DNA of 64,000 nucleotides from Pseudomonadota bacterium (GTDB lineage Bacteria; Pseudomonadota; Alphaproteobacteria; Paracaedibacterales; CAITNM01): NCBI GenBank assembly GCA_046309815.1, contig JBKCOJ010000005.1, positions 263,144 to 327,143 of the forward strand, read 5' to 3'. Shown piece by piece: positions 9,168 to 17,526 of this stretch (position 1 is its first letter; each line of letters starts with the position of its first letter). The notes under the pieces were generated by a model. It saw only the letters and a program-made list of their open reading frames with translations, ran no database searches and was not told where the DNA came from. The position numbers and the translations under genes were made by a program.

Positions 9168-10321
9168 TGAGCTATAACTCTCTTGACACCCACAAAAAGC
9201 TACTGGAACCAATAGCAACAAATAATAAAGCAGGAGATTGGTTGCGCTACGATCCTCTTTACGTAAAAATTCGTGACGCAAGGCGTGAGGAAAACGATGG
9301 GTTGAGTCGAGAAAGTTGGGAGGGGGAAATAAAAAGCGCCAACTGGCAAGAAGTCGAAAGCTTAACCCTTGATCTACTAGAAAACAAAACTAAAGACTTG
9401 CAGCTTTTTTGTTGGCTAATAGAAGCAAGACTGCATCTATACGGATTTGATATTTTTGCAGAAGATATATCTTTATTATTAAAGTTTATAAAAGCTTTTT
9501 GGGAAGACTGCCACCCCTCAAAAAAAGAAGACCCAAACCAAGAGTTTCGTGCTCATATTTTAGAATCTTTTTTAAGATCGACAACACAAACCATTATCTC
9601 CGAACCCTTTAAAGAACTTGCGTCGATACTTGATCTGCCCATAAATTTAGCGCTGTGCTATGAAAATGACACTCTGGAACGATTATCAAAAAAGGGCGGC
9701 GACGCCAACAATGCTTATCAAAAGGCTTTGGCAAATGGTCTCATCACGATAGGAAGAATTAGAAATGCTTTTTCAGAAGTACAAAAAGAAAAAGGAGAAG
9801 CAAAAAAAGCAACCCTAGAAGCTAGCATAAAAAATTTAAATGAAATTAGCCAAATTATAGATACAGAAGCGAAAGAAAACGCCCCTGATTTTAGCAAATT
9901 AACAAACCACTTACAGGAAATGGTTGGGTTATACAGCCTATCCAAAAAATCCACACCACAAAGCGATAAAAAAACAGAAGACACCATCACAACATTATCA
10001 GAAATCATCCTTACTGATAATGAAAGCCCCCCCGAAGAAAAAGAGATAAACACCAGATCGGAAGTCTACCAGACAATTCGTCAGCTCGGAAAATTTCTTC
10101 TAACCATTGAACCACACAGCCCAACCCCAGCTCTTTTGAAATTAATCGGAGAATGGGAAAATAAAACGCTATCACAAATTTTAAAAGAACTTCAATCTAT
10201 CCAACCAGAAACCCGATCTCTTCTGGAGTTACTAGCACGAGCAACCCAACAAGAAAAGCAACCCACCATCACAGCCGCAACCCCCGATACAAACGCTCTA
10301 AGCAATATGATTCCAGGTTAG
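9167..10321 (+). CDS. tssA: Type VI secretion protein TssA (ImpA N-terminal domain family)
   Basis: ImpA_N-like N-terminus (GDWLRYDPLYVKIRDARREE) and a conserved C-terminal EPHSPTPALLKL motif. TAATG overlap with tssM. Confidence 0.8.
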   Translation: MSYNSLDTHKKLLEPIATNNKAGDWLRYDPLYVKIRDARREENDGLSRESWEGEIKSANWQEVESLTLDLLENKTKDLQLFCWLIEARLHLYGFDIFAEDISLLLKFIKAFWEDCHPSKKEDPNQEFRAHILESFLRSTTQTIISEPFKELASILDLPINLALCYENDTLERLSKKGGDANNAYQKALANGLITIGRIRNAFSEVQKEKGEAKKATLEASIKNLNEISQIIDTEAKENAPDFSKLTNHLQEMVGLYSLSKKSTPQSDKKTEDTITTLSEIILTDNESPPEEKEINTRSEVYQTIRQLGKFLLTIEPHSPTPALLKLIGEWENKTLSQILKELQSIQPETRSLLELLARATQQEKQPTITAATPDTNALSNMIPG

Positions 10322-11282
10322 CTGGTTCTTTTAACAAAGAACGAACCAATTCATTCAGACATTTTACAAAAAGAGGATGAGCACCAATAGCGGGAACCCT
10401 GCCATAAAAAGCCACCCCCCACTCCCTAGCTTTTTCAGCAAACTCAATATCAAGCTCCACCAGAGTTTCAGAATGCTCAGAAACAAAAGAAATAGGAACA
10501 ACAACAACAAGCAGCCCTTCCTGCGCTGCTCGCTTAAGCTCACCCCCTAAACTCGGCCCGATCCACTCCATCAACCCAACCCTGCTTTGATAGCAAATAG
10601 AAAAATCAACCCCCTCAAACTTCTTCATTACAAGAGCCACAGTAGCTTCAATTTGCTTTTGATAGGGATCTCCACCATCCACAATCTTCTTGGGCAATCC
10701 ATGGGCAGAAAAAAGAATCCTCGGCACACCAATCAATGACGCCTCCCTCAATACGGGCCTTATTAATTCTTGATGCGCCGCTATAAAATTTACATTAGCA
10801 AAATAACAATCTATCACGCTTGTTCTAGCGGCCCACTGGGGAGCAACAGACATCCACTCTTTAATGGAGGACTCTGTTGTGGTGGTTGAAAATTGAGGAT
10901 ACAAAGGTAAAAATACCACTCTATCTGGATTAAACGCACTTAAAACATCCATCACATCTCTCGCCCTTGGTCGCCAATACCGCATAACAGGAACGACCAA
11001 CACATCAAAATCCTTCTCGAGCGACCGCTTTAAAGCTCTGGCCTGCGCCAATGTATTTTGCAAAAGTGGAGACTTGCCACCCAAGAGGAAATAAATTCCT
11101 CGAGCCTTTTTCTCTCTGGCACACGAAATAAGCAAAGCCAAAAAAAAGCGCAAAGGATTTGGTAACCTCAAGATTGCTCGGTCATAAAAAAGATTAAACA
11201 AGAATGGTCGAACAGCCCCCAAAGAATCTGGCCCCCCCAAGTTTGCCAAAACAATGGCGATTTTTGGTTTTACTGTTGGCAT
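10269..11282 (-). CDS. hemH: Ferrochelatase
   Basis: N-terminal KIAIVLANLGGPDS, LLFSAHGLP and ISFVSEHSETL motifs. 337 aa. Confidence 0.9.
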   Translation of the reverse strand: MPTVKPKIAIVLANLGGPDSLGAVRPFLFNLFYDRAILRLPNPLRFFLALLISCAREKKARGIYFLLGGKSPLLQNTLAQARALKRSLEKDFDVLVVPVMRYWRPRARDVMDVLSAFNPDRVVFLPLYPQFSTTTTESSIKEWMSVAPQWAARTSVIDCYFANVNFIAAHQELIRPVLREASLIGVPRILFSAHGLPKKIVDGGDPYQKQIEATVALVMKKFEGVDFSICYQSRVGLMEWIGPSLGGELKRAAQEGLLVVVVPISFVSEHSETLVELDIEFAEKAREWGVAFYGRVPAIGAHPLFVKCLNELVRSLLKEPANLESYCLERLYRGLRL

Positions 11283-12256
11283 CTAACAAGCTCAATAAGC
11301 TTTTCAACATTTCCTATGGGGGTTTGTGGGAGAATTCCATGCCCCAAGTTAACAACAAACGGCCTGTTTTTGGCAAAATCCAATATCTTCGCAACGTCAC
11401 GCTCAAAGCCACCCTCAAGAAGCTTTTGAGGATCCAGATTGCCCTGCAGGCATGCGCCCACCCCCTCAAAACTTCTTAAGCTTTCTCCCTGGCTCAGACC
11501 AAAACTTATGCGTAGCCTCCCCAACTTATCTAAAGCCTCACCAGCCACGCCCCGCCCATAATAAATAATCCTGGCATCCGGCACTTGCTCTGTTATGCCC
11601 CCCACAATCCTTTTAGCGGGATCAAAAAGCCAACGGCTTTGATAGACAGCAGGAACTTCCGCCGCCCACGATTCAAAAAGCTGCACGACATCGGCTCCGG
11701 CTCTCAGCTGGCCGACCGCATGATCAGCAATTACGGAAACAAGCTTATCGAGAAGACGATCGAACAAGGGCCACTCAGCCGCAAACCTAACAAGATCTTC
11801 ATATTTGTTGGTCTTGCCCCCGCTTATCATGTATGAAGCCACCGTCCATGGACAACCCACAAAACCGATCAGGGCCTTTTCTTGGTCAAGTCGCCCCCGG
11901 AGCTCCTTAATTGCCCCATAAACAACCTCAGCACCACCAAAGGGAGTGTGCAGGATTTTATCCCAAATTGGTTCTTCTAATACGGGGCCCACCCCTTCTC
12001 TAAATGAAACTGCTTGCCCTAAAAACTGAGGTATCACCAATATATCACTAAACACGATTGCCGCATCAAAATCAAAACGCCTGATAGGCTGAAGAGTTGC
12101 CTCCACTACGGCTTCGGAATTAAAACAAAACTCGATAAAATCAGGAAATTTTTCCCTTAGCTTTCTATACTCGGGCAAATACCGTCCCGCTTGGCGCATT
12201 AACCAAATCGGCTTTATCTTTTCAACACACCCCTCTAGGGCTCGAGCTAACTTCAT
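11270..12256 (-). CDS. hemE: Uroporphyrinogen decarboxylase
   Basis: PIWLMRQAGRYLPEYR signature at the N-terminus. 328 aa. 13-nt overlap with hemH. Confidence 0.95.
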   Translation of the reverse strand: MKLARALEGCVEKIKPIWLMRQAGRYLPEYRKLREKFPDFIEFCFNSEAVVEATLQPIRRFDFDAAIVFSDILVIPQFLGQAVSFREGVGPVLEEPIWDKILHTPFGGAEVVYGAIKELRGRLDQEKALIGFVGCPWTVASYMISGGKTNKYEDLVRFAAEWPLFDRLLDKLVSVIADHAVGQLRAGADVVQLFESWAAEVPAVYQSRWLFDPAKRIVGGITEQVPDARIIYYGRGVAGEALDKLGRLRISFGLSQGESLRSFEGVGACLQGNLDPQKLLEGGFERDVAKILDFAKNRPFVVNLGHGILPQTPIGNVEKLIELVRCQQ

Positions 12257-12611
12257 ATAATAATATATATATTTATATTAAGGTTTTTGTTTTGGTAGTA
12301 GGTCTTGTGCAAAACCCTAACCCCAGATTTTTCCCCATCTTATCCACAAGATACTCTTTTTGTATAGGGGAGAAACGCTTGATCTGAGGGATTTTTCTAA
12401 AGTGTGGATATTTATTTGGTGTTTGTGTGTTGTTTGTGGATAATTTTTTTATAGGTGGGGATAAAAATAAACTTATTAACAGCCACTCTTTTATACAAGT
12501 TTGTCCTAAGAATACTTTCTGCTTTTTCCACAGATTTATGCACAAAATTTTATTGTAGGAAAATATTTGAATTACTATATATGCTGGGTAAGAAATTTTT
12601 CAGAGGTTTTT
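12257..12611. other. oriC: Candidate chromosomal replication origin (oriC), hemE-linked
   Basis: Two perfect DnaA boxes (TTATCCACA): 12340..12348 on the + strand and 12435..12443 on the - strand. Three one-mismatch boxes: 12403..12411, 12456..12464 and 12524..12532. An almost pure A/T stretch lies at 12257..12283. The hemE-adjacent position matches Caulobacter and Rickettsia origins, and parAB/parS lie about 10 kb away. Confidence 0.6.
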
Positions 12612-13373
12612 GTGAATAAGAAAATAAGGACATTTTTAATAATTATATTAAGCGCTTTTTGTCCATTTTTTGCTATGGCTTCTGATATCAGTGGAGATGT
12701 TTGCTTGAGTGTAAATGAAATAAATTCACAAAAGATAGTGGATTTTAAGGGTGCATACATTGGTGTCCCTCTTGTTTCTCCAGATCTTATCAGTCCACAG
12801 CTTCCTGAAGACATTCGCACTTTATCTGATGGAACAAAAGTAAGGTTGGGGCGAGCTTATGATGTAGATACTTTTGGGGTGAAGACAGAATCATTTGGAA
12901 TGGGAGAGATGAGATTTTCTCACCAAAAAGAGATTCTTTTATACACGTCTGGGATATGCGATTGCATCGGAATTTCAGTGTGGGATTCAGCAACTCAAAC
13001 GGCTTGCTTGTATCACGCCTCTAAAATGGAGCTTCGTGAAAAGAAGCGGCTGTTTTTAGAAAATATAGATTCTATTAAGGCAGAATTTTCTGGAGAAACA
13101 TCTGATTTAAAGGTGTTTTTGGCAAGTTGCTTTTTGTCGAGAGATTTGGCTGAGGTTGTTGATTTGTTGCAAAAAAATGGCTTCGTCGTCTCGGGTCTTT
13201 TTGTTCCCGCTGTTTTGTTGGGCGAGTGGGAGCAATTGGCAAATGGAAATTTTAAACAAAAAACATATTATTTTGATGAAGAGACCATGCTTTCATCAAA
13301 AAATCAGCGCAATTTAGTAATGACCATTAATGGAAGCACTGGAAAAACAGGTGTTTATCCTAGTTGGATATAA
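12612..13373 (+). CDS. Secreted protein of unknown function with CheD-like Cys/Asp/His motif
   Basis: A probable GTG start at 12612 gives the signal peptide KKIRTFLIIILSAFCPFFAMA. The motif GICDCIGISVWDSATQTACLYH is encoded at 12957..13016. The ORF-track TTG start at 12567 is likely an over-extension. Confidence 0.5.
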   Translation: MNKKIRTFLIIILSAFCPFFAMASDISGDVCLSVNEINSQKIVDFKGAYIGVPLVSPDLISPQLPEDIRTLSDGTKVRLGRAYDVDTFGVKTESFGMGEMRFSHQKEILLYTSGICDCIGISVWDSATQTACLYHASKMELREKKRLFLENIDSIKAEFSGETSDLKVFLASCFLSRDLAEVVDLLQKNGFVVSGLFVPAVLLGEWEQLANGNFKQKTYYFDEETMLSSKNQRNLVMTINGSTGKTGVYPSWI

Positions 13374-14775
13374 AGTTAACAAACTTTCGATAAATAGTTT
13401 GTGGAAGAGAGGCTGGAAGATATGCATCAATAAAGCCAATTTTATTAAGTTCCAGTTGATGAATAATTCTACCATATGCATCAATAACGGCGCTGATGCC
13501 GTTATTAGCTACGCGAATTAATGGCAGCCCCTCTTCTATCGCTCTTACTTGCACAATTTTTAAATGTTGATAGGGACCACTGGTTACGCCATACCAAGCG
13601 TCATTCGTAATATTTAACAACCACTCAGGTCGATGATCGGGGTCAATAACAGCGCCACTAAAAATCGCCTCATAACAGATGAGCGGACTAAAAGGGGGAA
13701 TGTTTTCTGGGTGTATTGTTCTGGGTCCTGGACCGGGAGAATAGTCCAAAAATCCATCTGTAAGCTTTGGAAAAGGGTTAAGTTGCTTCAAGGGCACATA
13801 TTCACCAAAGGGGACTAGATGAAATTTATCAAAGGTTGCCAAAATCCTTCCTGTTTTCTCAAGCACTTGTAAGCTAGAAAATGCTTTTTCTGGATTGTGC
13901 AACCTGCGAGGGGCTCCTGTTATTAAATATCCCTGATTAATAAATCTTCCAATATGCACGGCTAAATCGGGGTAAGACTCAAGCGGAGTAATTATGGCTG
14001 CTTCTGGCCAAATTGTTAGGTGAATAGGCCTTTCTGCTTCTGCTTTCGATAATATTTCTAAAATAGCCAGGTTGTGTTCAAAAAAATTAGGATCCCACTT
14101 TTCATGTTGAGCAATAGACGGTTGAACCAACCGCAAACAAACATTTGTATTTATATGGGGAGAATTTAATCTATGGTGGCCTTCGATCCAAAGCCCCAAT
14201 AAAATGCTAAAAATACTGGCTCCCAGCCATTTCTGCTTTGTGTATAAAACAGTTCCAGCCGCGGTTGTTAAAAACGACAAGCCGAAAATGCCTATGATTC
14301 TAGTGCTTTGTAAAAGAGGAAGATCCCAAACGTAACCATTTAAATTCCAGGGAAATCCTGTAAATAAAAAGCTCCTAGCAACTTCACTTATGCACCACCC
14401 AAGAAAAAACACCCATCCAAAACTGACGGGATTTTTCCTAAAGAAAAAGCTTGGAGCGATAAATGCGGCAGGAAATATTCCAATTATTATGGGCATGCCT
14501 ATCAATCCTATGGGCATCATCTCAGGGATACCGTAGGTTTTAAGTGCCCAGGATACCCAATAAAGCTGGGTGAGGAAAAATATGAAAAAAAAGATAAACG
14601 AATTTCTAAAAAAGTGATAAAAGGTTAAGGGGGCTTGCAAATGTAAAAGCAGGACCCATATAGACAGCAAGAGAACAAACGGCTGGTTGAATGGAGCAAA
14701 GGCTAGCCCGCCAATAATTGCAAAAACTGCTAAAATTTTTAATGAAATTGGAGGATATTTTAGTGTTTTATTCAT
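13360..14775 (-). CDS. lnt: Apolipoprotein N-acyltransferase
   Basis: Polytopic N-terminal half plus a C-terminal CN-hydrolase domain (TIWPEAAI, LICYEAIF). The MNKTLKY start at 14775 is preferred over 14811. Confidence 0.85.
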   Translation of the reverse strand: MNKTLKYPPISLKILAVFAIIGGLAFAPFNQPFVLLLSIWVLLLHLQAPLTFYHFFRNSFIFFFIFFLTQLYWVSWALKTYGIPEMMPIGLIGMPIIIGIFPAAFIAPSFFFRKNPVSFGWVFFLGWCISEVARSFLFTGFPWNLNGYVWDLPLLQSTRIIGIFGLSFLTTAAGTVLYTKQKWLGASIFSILLGLWIEGHHRLNSPHINTNVCLRLVQPSIAQHEKWDPNFFEHNLAILEILSKAEAERPIHLTIWPEAAIITPLESYPDLAVHIGRFINQGYLITGAPRRLHNPEKAFSSLQVLEKTGRILATFDKFHLVPFGEYVPLKQLNPFPKLTDGFLDYSPGPGPRTIHPENIPPFSPLICYEAIFSGAVIDPDHRPEWLLNITNDAWYGVTSGPYQHLKIVQVRAIEEGLPLIRVANNGISAVIDAYGRIIHQLELNKIGFIDAYLPASLPQTIYRKFVNFISN

Positions 14776-14825
14776 TTTTAAGTGATAGTATCTGAAAAAA
14801 TATGCCTTCAAAAAAGGAATTAATA

Positions 14826-15425
14826 ATGCAAAAGCTAATTTATATTATCTCTTTTTTGAATGTATGTATATTCCAAGCAGTTTGGGGTGGGGCATGTGTG
14901 GCTTCCTCTGGCGTTAATGAATTAGCACCAGCTAGTTTTATTGGGAAAATGGTCAATGAATCTCTGGGCATAGTTAATAATAGTGGCTCTTCAGATGATA
15001 AAAAACGAAAAGAGTTAAGCAACAGCATTAATAAATATTTGGATATAGATCGAATCGCAAGTGCAGTTTTTTCACCAAAAGGATACAAGGACTTATCAGA
15101 AAAAGATCAGCAAAGAGTTAAAGAGTATTTGAAAAAATACCTAATTCGTTTTTACGCAAGTGAAGGGAAATTATCTGCGATGATGAATTCAAAGCTTTCA
15201 GGAGAGCCAGTTGCAGAGAGAAAAAATGAGCAAGATTTTGCTGTTACAACGCAATTTGAAAAAAATTCTTCACCAGCGCTTAAAATTGTCTGGATAACGG
15301 ATGGTAAAAAAGTGTTTTATGTGGAAATAGAAGGCATAAACCAAATAATAACACTGCGGTCAGAAATGGATACAGCCATTGGATCTCGTACACTAATGGA
15401 ATATATTAATGAGCAGGGGTTTTAA
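14826..15425 (+). CDS. Periplasmic MlaC/Ttg2D-like lipid-binding protein (tentative)
   Basis: Signal peptide MQKLIYIISFLNVCIFQAVWG, with AAGGA 8 nt upstream. The pattern YLDIDRIASAVFSPKGYKDLSEKDQQRVKEYLKKYLIRFY resembles the MlaC family. Confidence 0.5.
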   Translation: MQKLIYIISFLNVCIFQAVWGGACVASSGVNELAPASFIGKMVNESLGIVNNSGSSDDKKRKELSNSINKYLDIDRIASAVFSPKGYKDLSEKDQQRVKEYLKKYLIRFYASEGKLSAMMNSKLSGEPVAERKNEQDFAVTTQFEKNSSPALKIVWITDGKKVFYVEIEGINQIITLRSEMDTAIGSRTLMEYINEQGF

Positions 15426-15436
15426 AGTTTTAACTC

Positions 15437-15724
15437 ATGAACATGAAAAAGAATTTATTTGGTATTAATGAACCTGCAAAAAAGGAACCAATAAAAGAAA
15501 AATCAAAACCTTCTTTTCCTGAGGTTAATTTAATTAAGGGGCTTAATAAGCAAGAAGCAACATCCGAATCGGTTTTTTGGCATAGAATTTTGCTTAATAA
15601 AGCAATTCGCCAACAAAAATCTGTTCAGTTTTTGCAGGTTTTATCAAACGAGATTGCTCTTAAAAAAGGGCAAAAAGATGCATATTTAGCCATATTAGAT
15701 AGCCTGAGAAAAACTAAAGACTGA
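15437..15724 (+). CDS. Hypothetical small basic protein
   Basis: Only the ORF itself (95 aa). No recognisable motif. Confidence 0.3.
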   Translation: MNMKKNLFGINEPAKKEPIKEKSKPSFPEVNLIKGLNKQEATSESVFWHRILLNKAIRQQKSVQFLQVLSNEIALKKGQKDAYLAILDSLRKTKD

Positions 15725-16178
15725 GGCTCTTGGAGCTTTTCTCTTTCTTTTGAAGAATCTTTTTCAAAATCTTAGAATTTACAGAAAGTTCTTTGATTTT
15801 TTTCTTTTGATCTTTTCTTTGGTCAGGCCTTTTTTTCGTAACCTCTGCTTCTTCAATTGAAGACAGAGAAGAAAGATCCTGCATCTCTGGTTCTATATCT
15901 TCTTTTAACCAAAGAACGCGCTCCTCGTTCTTAATACATTGTTGTGTAATGGTTGGAATGCTCTGTAATGTGCTTTTAGGCAATTTTTCAAGATTTTTTT
16001 GCATTAAAGAAATCGCTTTTTGTGCAATTTGCTTCAGGCTCTCAATTTTTATCTGTTTTCTTATTTCGTCGGTTTTTTCAATAGAAGTTTTGCATCTAAG
16101 GGCTGCTTCCTCAGCTGTCATGGAATAGCATTCAAGAGCCAACGAAAAAACGACAACCGATACACTCTTCTTTATCAT
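15714..16178 (-). CDS. Hypothetical secreted coiled-coil protein
   Basis: N-terminal hydrophobic signal-like segment and a Lys/Glu-rich helical sequence. No recognisable family. Confidence 0.35.
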   Translation of the reverse strand: MIKKSVSVVVFSLALECYSMTAEEAALRCKTSIEKTDEIRKQIKIESLKQIAQKAISLMQKNLEKLPKSTLQSIPTITQQCIKNEERVLWLKEDIEPEMQDLSSLSSIEEAEVTKKRPDQRKDQKKKIKELSVNSKILKKILQKKEKSSKSLSL

Positions 16179-16179
16179 G

Positions 16180-17526
16180 TTATACTACTTGGCAAAGCTG
16201 CATAGCTTCTATGTCACCCTTAACATGGCGTTGAGGCGTCGAGGTTTCTTGCCAGCAGATTTTATCTACGGATGAGCAGTTGTTGCATATGAGCTCCCAT
16301 TGCGATGCATGATGAGAGCATTCTGTACATTGCCATTCATAGTCAGAAAGAGTTTGTGAAGCTTTTTGCCACCATTCTTTTGCTAACTCAAATCTTGTTG
16401 GGTGCTGAAGTTCCATTAATTCAGCCATTAAATTGCAGGTAGTTCTTGTATATCCATAACTTAATAGCTTATCTAAATATTCTTTAGCTTGCCCCCATAA
16501 CTGAGCTCGCATCGCACTGGTAGCTAAGCAAAATAAGCTCTCTGGATGATCTTCATGGGCACTTACTAATTTTTCCATTGTTCTGTAGCGATCGATAGCC
16601 TCCATTTCAAAAAATACTGAATCCCATAAAACTCCAAGGGATCGATGAGGATTAGTTTTAAAGGCATCTATTAGTAATTTTTGTGCTTTGGAAAATGATT
16701 CGTGGTGGATATAATGCTCAACTAACTGTGTGACATTTGTGGTCCAATCCGGCGCACTCTCAAATATTTTTAAATGTAATTTCTCTTTTTCCGCATTAGA
16801 AAGCAGGCTGGTATTTTGCAGCTTAAGCCAATGTAACATCGCCTGATAACGTAGCCACTTTGCTTTGGGGACGTATTTTTCAAGTTTATGTTTTTCGGCT
16901 TTTGGCAAAATTCCTTTTTGGGCGAGATAAATGGTGTTTAAAAAATACTCATTTTGTAACCAAGGTGAATCAGGCCTTAAAGAAAGTCCTTTGACAATAT
17001 ATTCTTGAGCAAGTTTATAGTCCTCCCTGCTTTTTGCTTGTAGAATAAGTCCGCGAAGCCCCAGAAAATTTGTGCGACGATCCTTTTGCATAGACATATA
17101 TTGTCTAGTGGCCGCTTCCTCATCTCCTGTCATGTAGGATGCTTGAGCCGCTATGAATTGACTTAAAGGATTTTCGGGTAAAAATTCACAAGCTACCGCT
17201 ATTATTTCTTTTGCTTCTTGGTCTTGTCCTGCTGCAATTGCGCTTAAACCTTCGATCAATAGATTTATTCCTTTTGCAGAACGCTTTTTTTGAAGATAAG
17301 AGATGTAATTTTGTGGAAGGCTCCATAACCATCTCCATAAATTATAAAAAGAAATTATAAAGATAAAAATAATTGATAAACATGCTATAAAAAGACCAAT
17401 TGGCAAGGAAATAGAGTAATTTAGCCAGTCAAACTTTACCTCACCAGGATAACTCGTGATGAATATTCCCAGTATACAAAGCATGCTAAATGCAATCAGA
17501 AAGCGTAGACTTTTGGTAAGTATCAT
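16180..17526 (-). CDS. HemY-like inner-membrane TPR protein (HemY_N domain family)
   Basis: Two N-terminal TM helices, TPR-like repeats and a C-terminal zinc-ribbon WQCTECSHHASQWELICNNCSS, as in alphaproteobacterial HemY-like proteins. Confidence 0.7.
   Translation of the reverse strand: MILTKSLRFLIAFSMLCILGIFITSYPGEVKFDWLNYSISLPIGLFIACLSIIFIFIISFYNLWRWLWSLPQNYISYLQKKRSAKGINLLIEGLSAIAAGQDQEAKEIIAVACEFLPENPLSQFIAAQASYMTGDEEAATRQYMSMQKDRRTNFLGLRGLILQAKSREDYKLAQEYIVKGLSLRPDSPWLQNEYFLNTIYLAQKGILPKAEKHKLEKYVPKAKWLRYQAMLHWLKLQNTSLLSNAEKEKLHLKIFESAPDWTTNVTQLVEHYIHHESFSKAQKLLIDAFKTNPHRSLGVLWDSVFFEMEAIDRYRTMEKLVSAHEDHPESLFCLATSAMRAQLWGQAKEYLDKLLSYGYTRTTCNLMAELMELQHPTRFELAKEWWQKASQTLSDYEWQCTECSHHASQWELICNNCSSVDKICWQETSTPQRHVKGDIEAMQLCQVV

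Noticed and set aside
6524-9193. Several 63 to 123-aa minus-strand ORFs inside tssM (for example 6524..6781, 8423..8740 and 8822..9193), and similar antisense ORFs inside other long genes.
   Set aside because: These are shadow ORFs antisense to well-supported coding sequence. Their translations are low-complexity, Ser/Leu/Phe-rich and carry no motifs.
2528-10321. The T6SS module as an integrase-mediated genomic island inserted at tRNA-Tyr.
   Set aside because: The module lies on the 5' side of the tRNA, whereas islands usually target the 3' end. No integrase or transposase gene is present. I found no direct repeat of the tRNA 3' end near 10.3 kb. Acquisition remains possible, but this mechanism is unsupported.
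12273-12545. 90-aa minus-strand ORF in the hemE-downstream intergenic region.
   Set aside because: It spans the DnaA-box cluster and has low-complexity, biased composition with no motif or RBS. It is more parsimoniously non-coding origin DNA.
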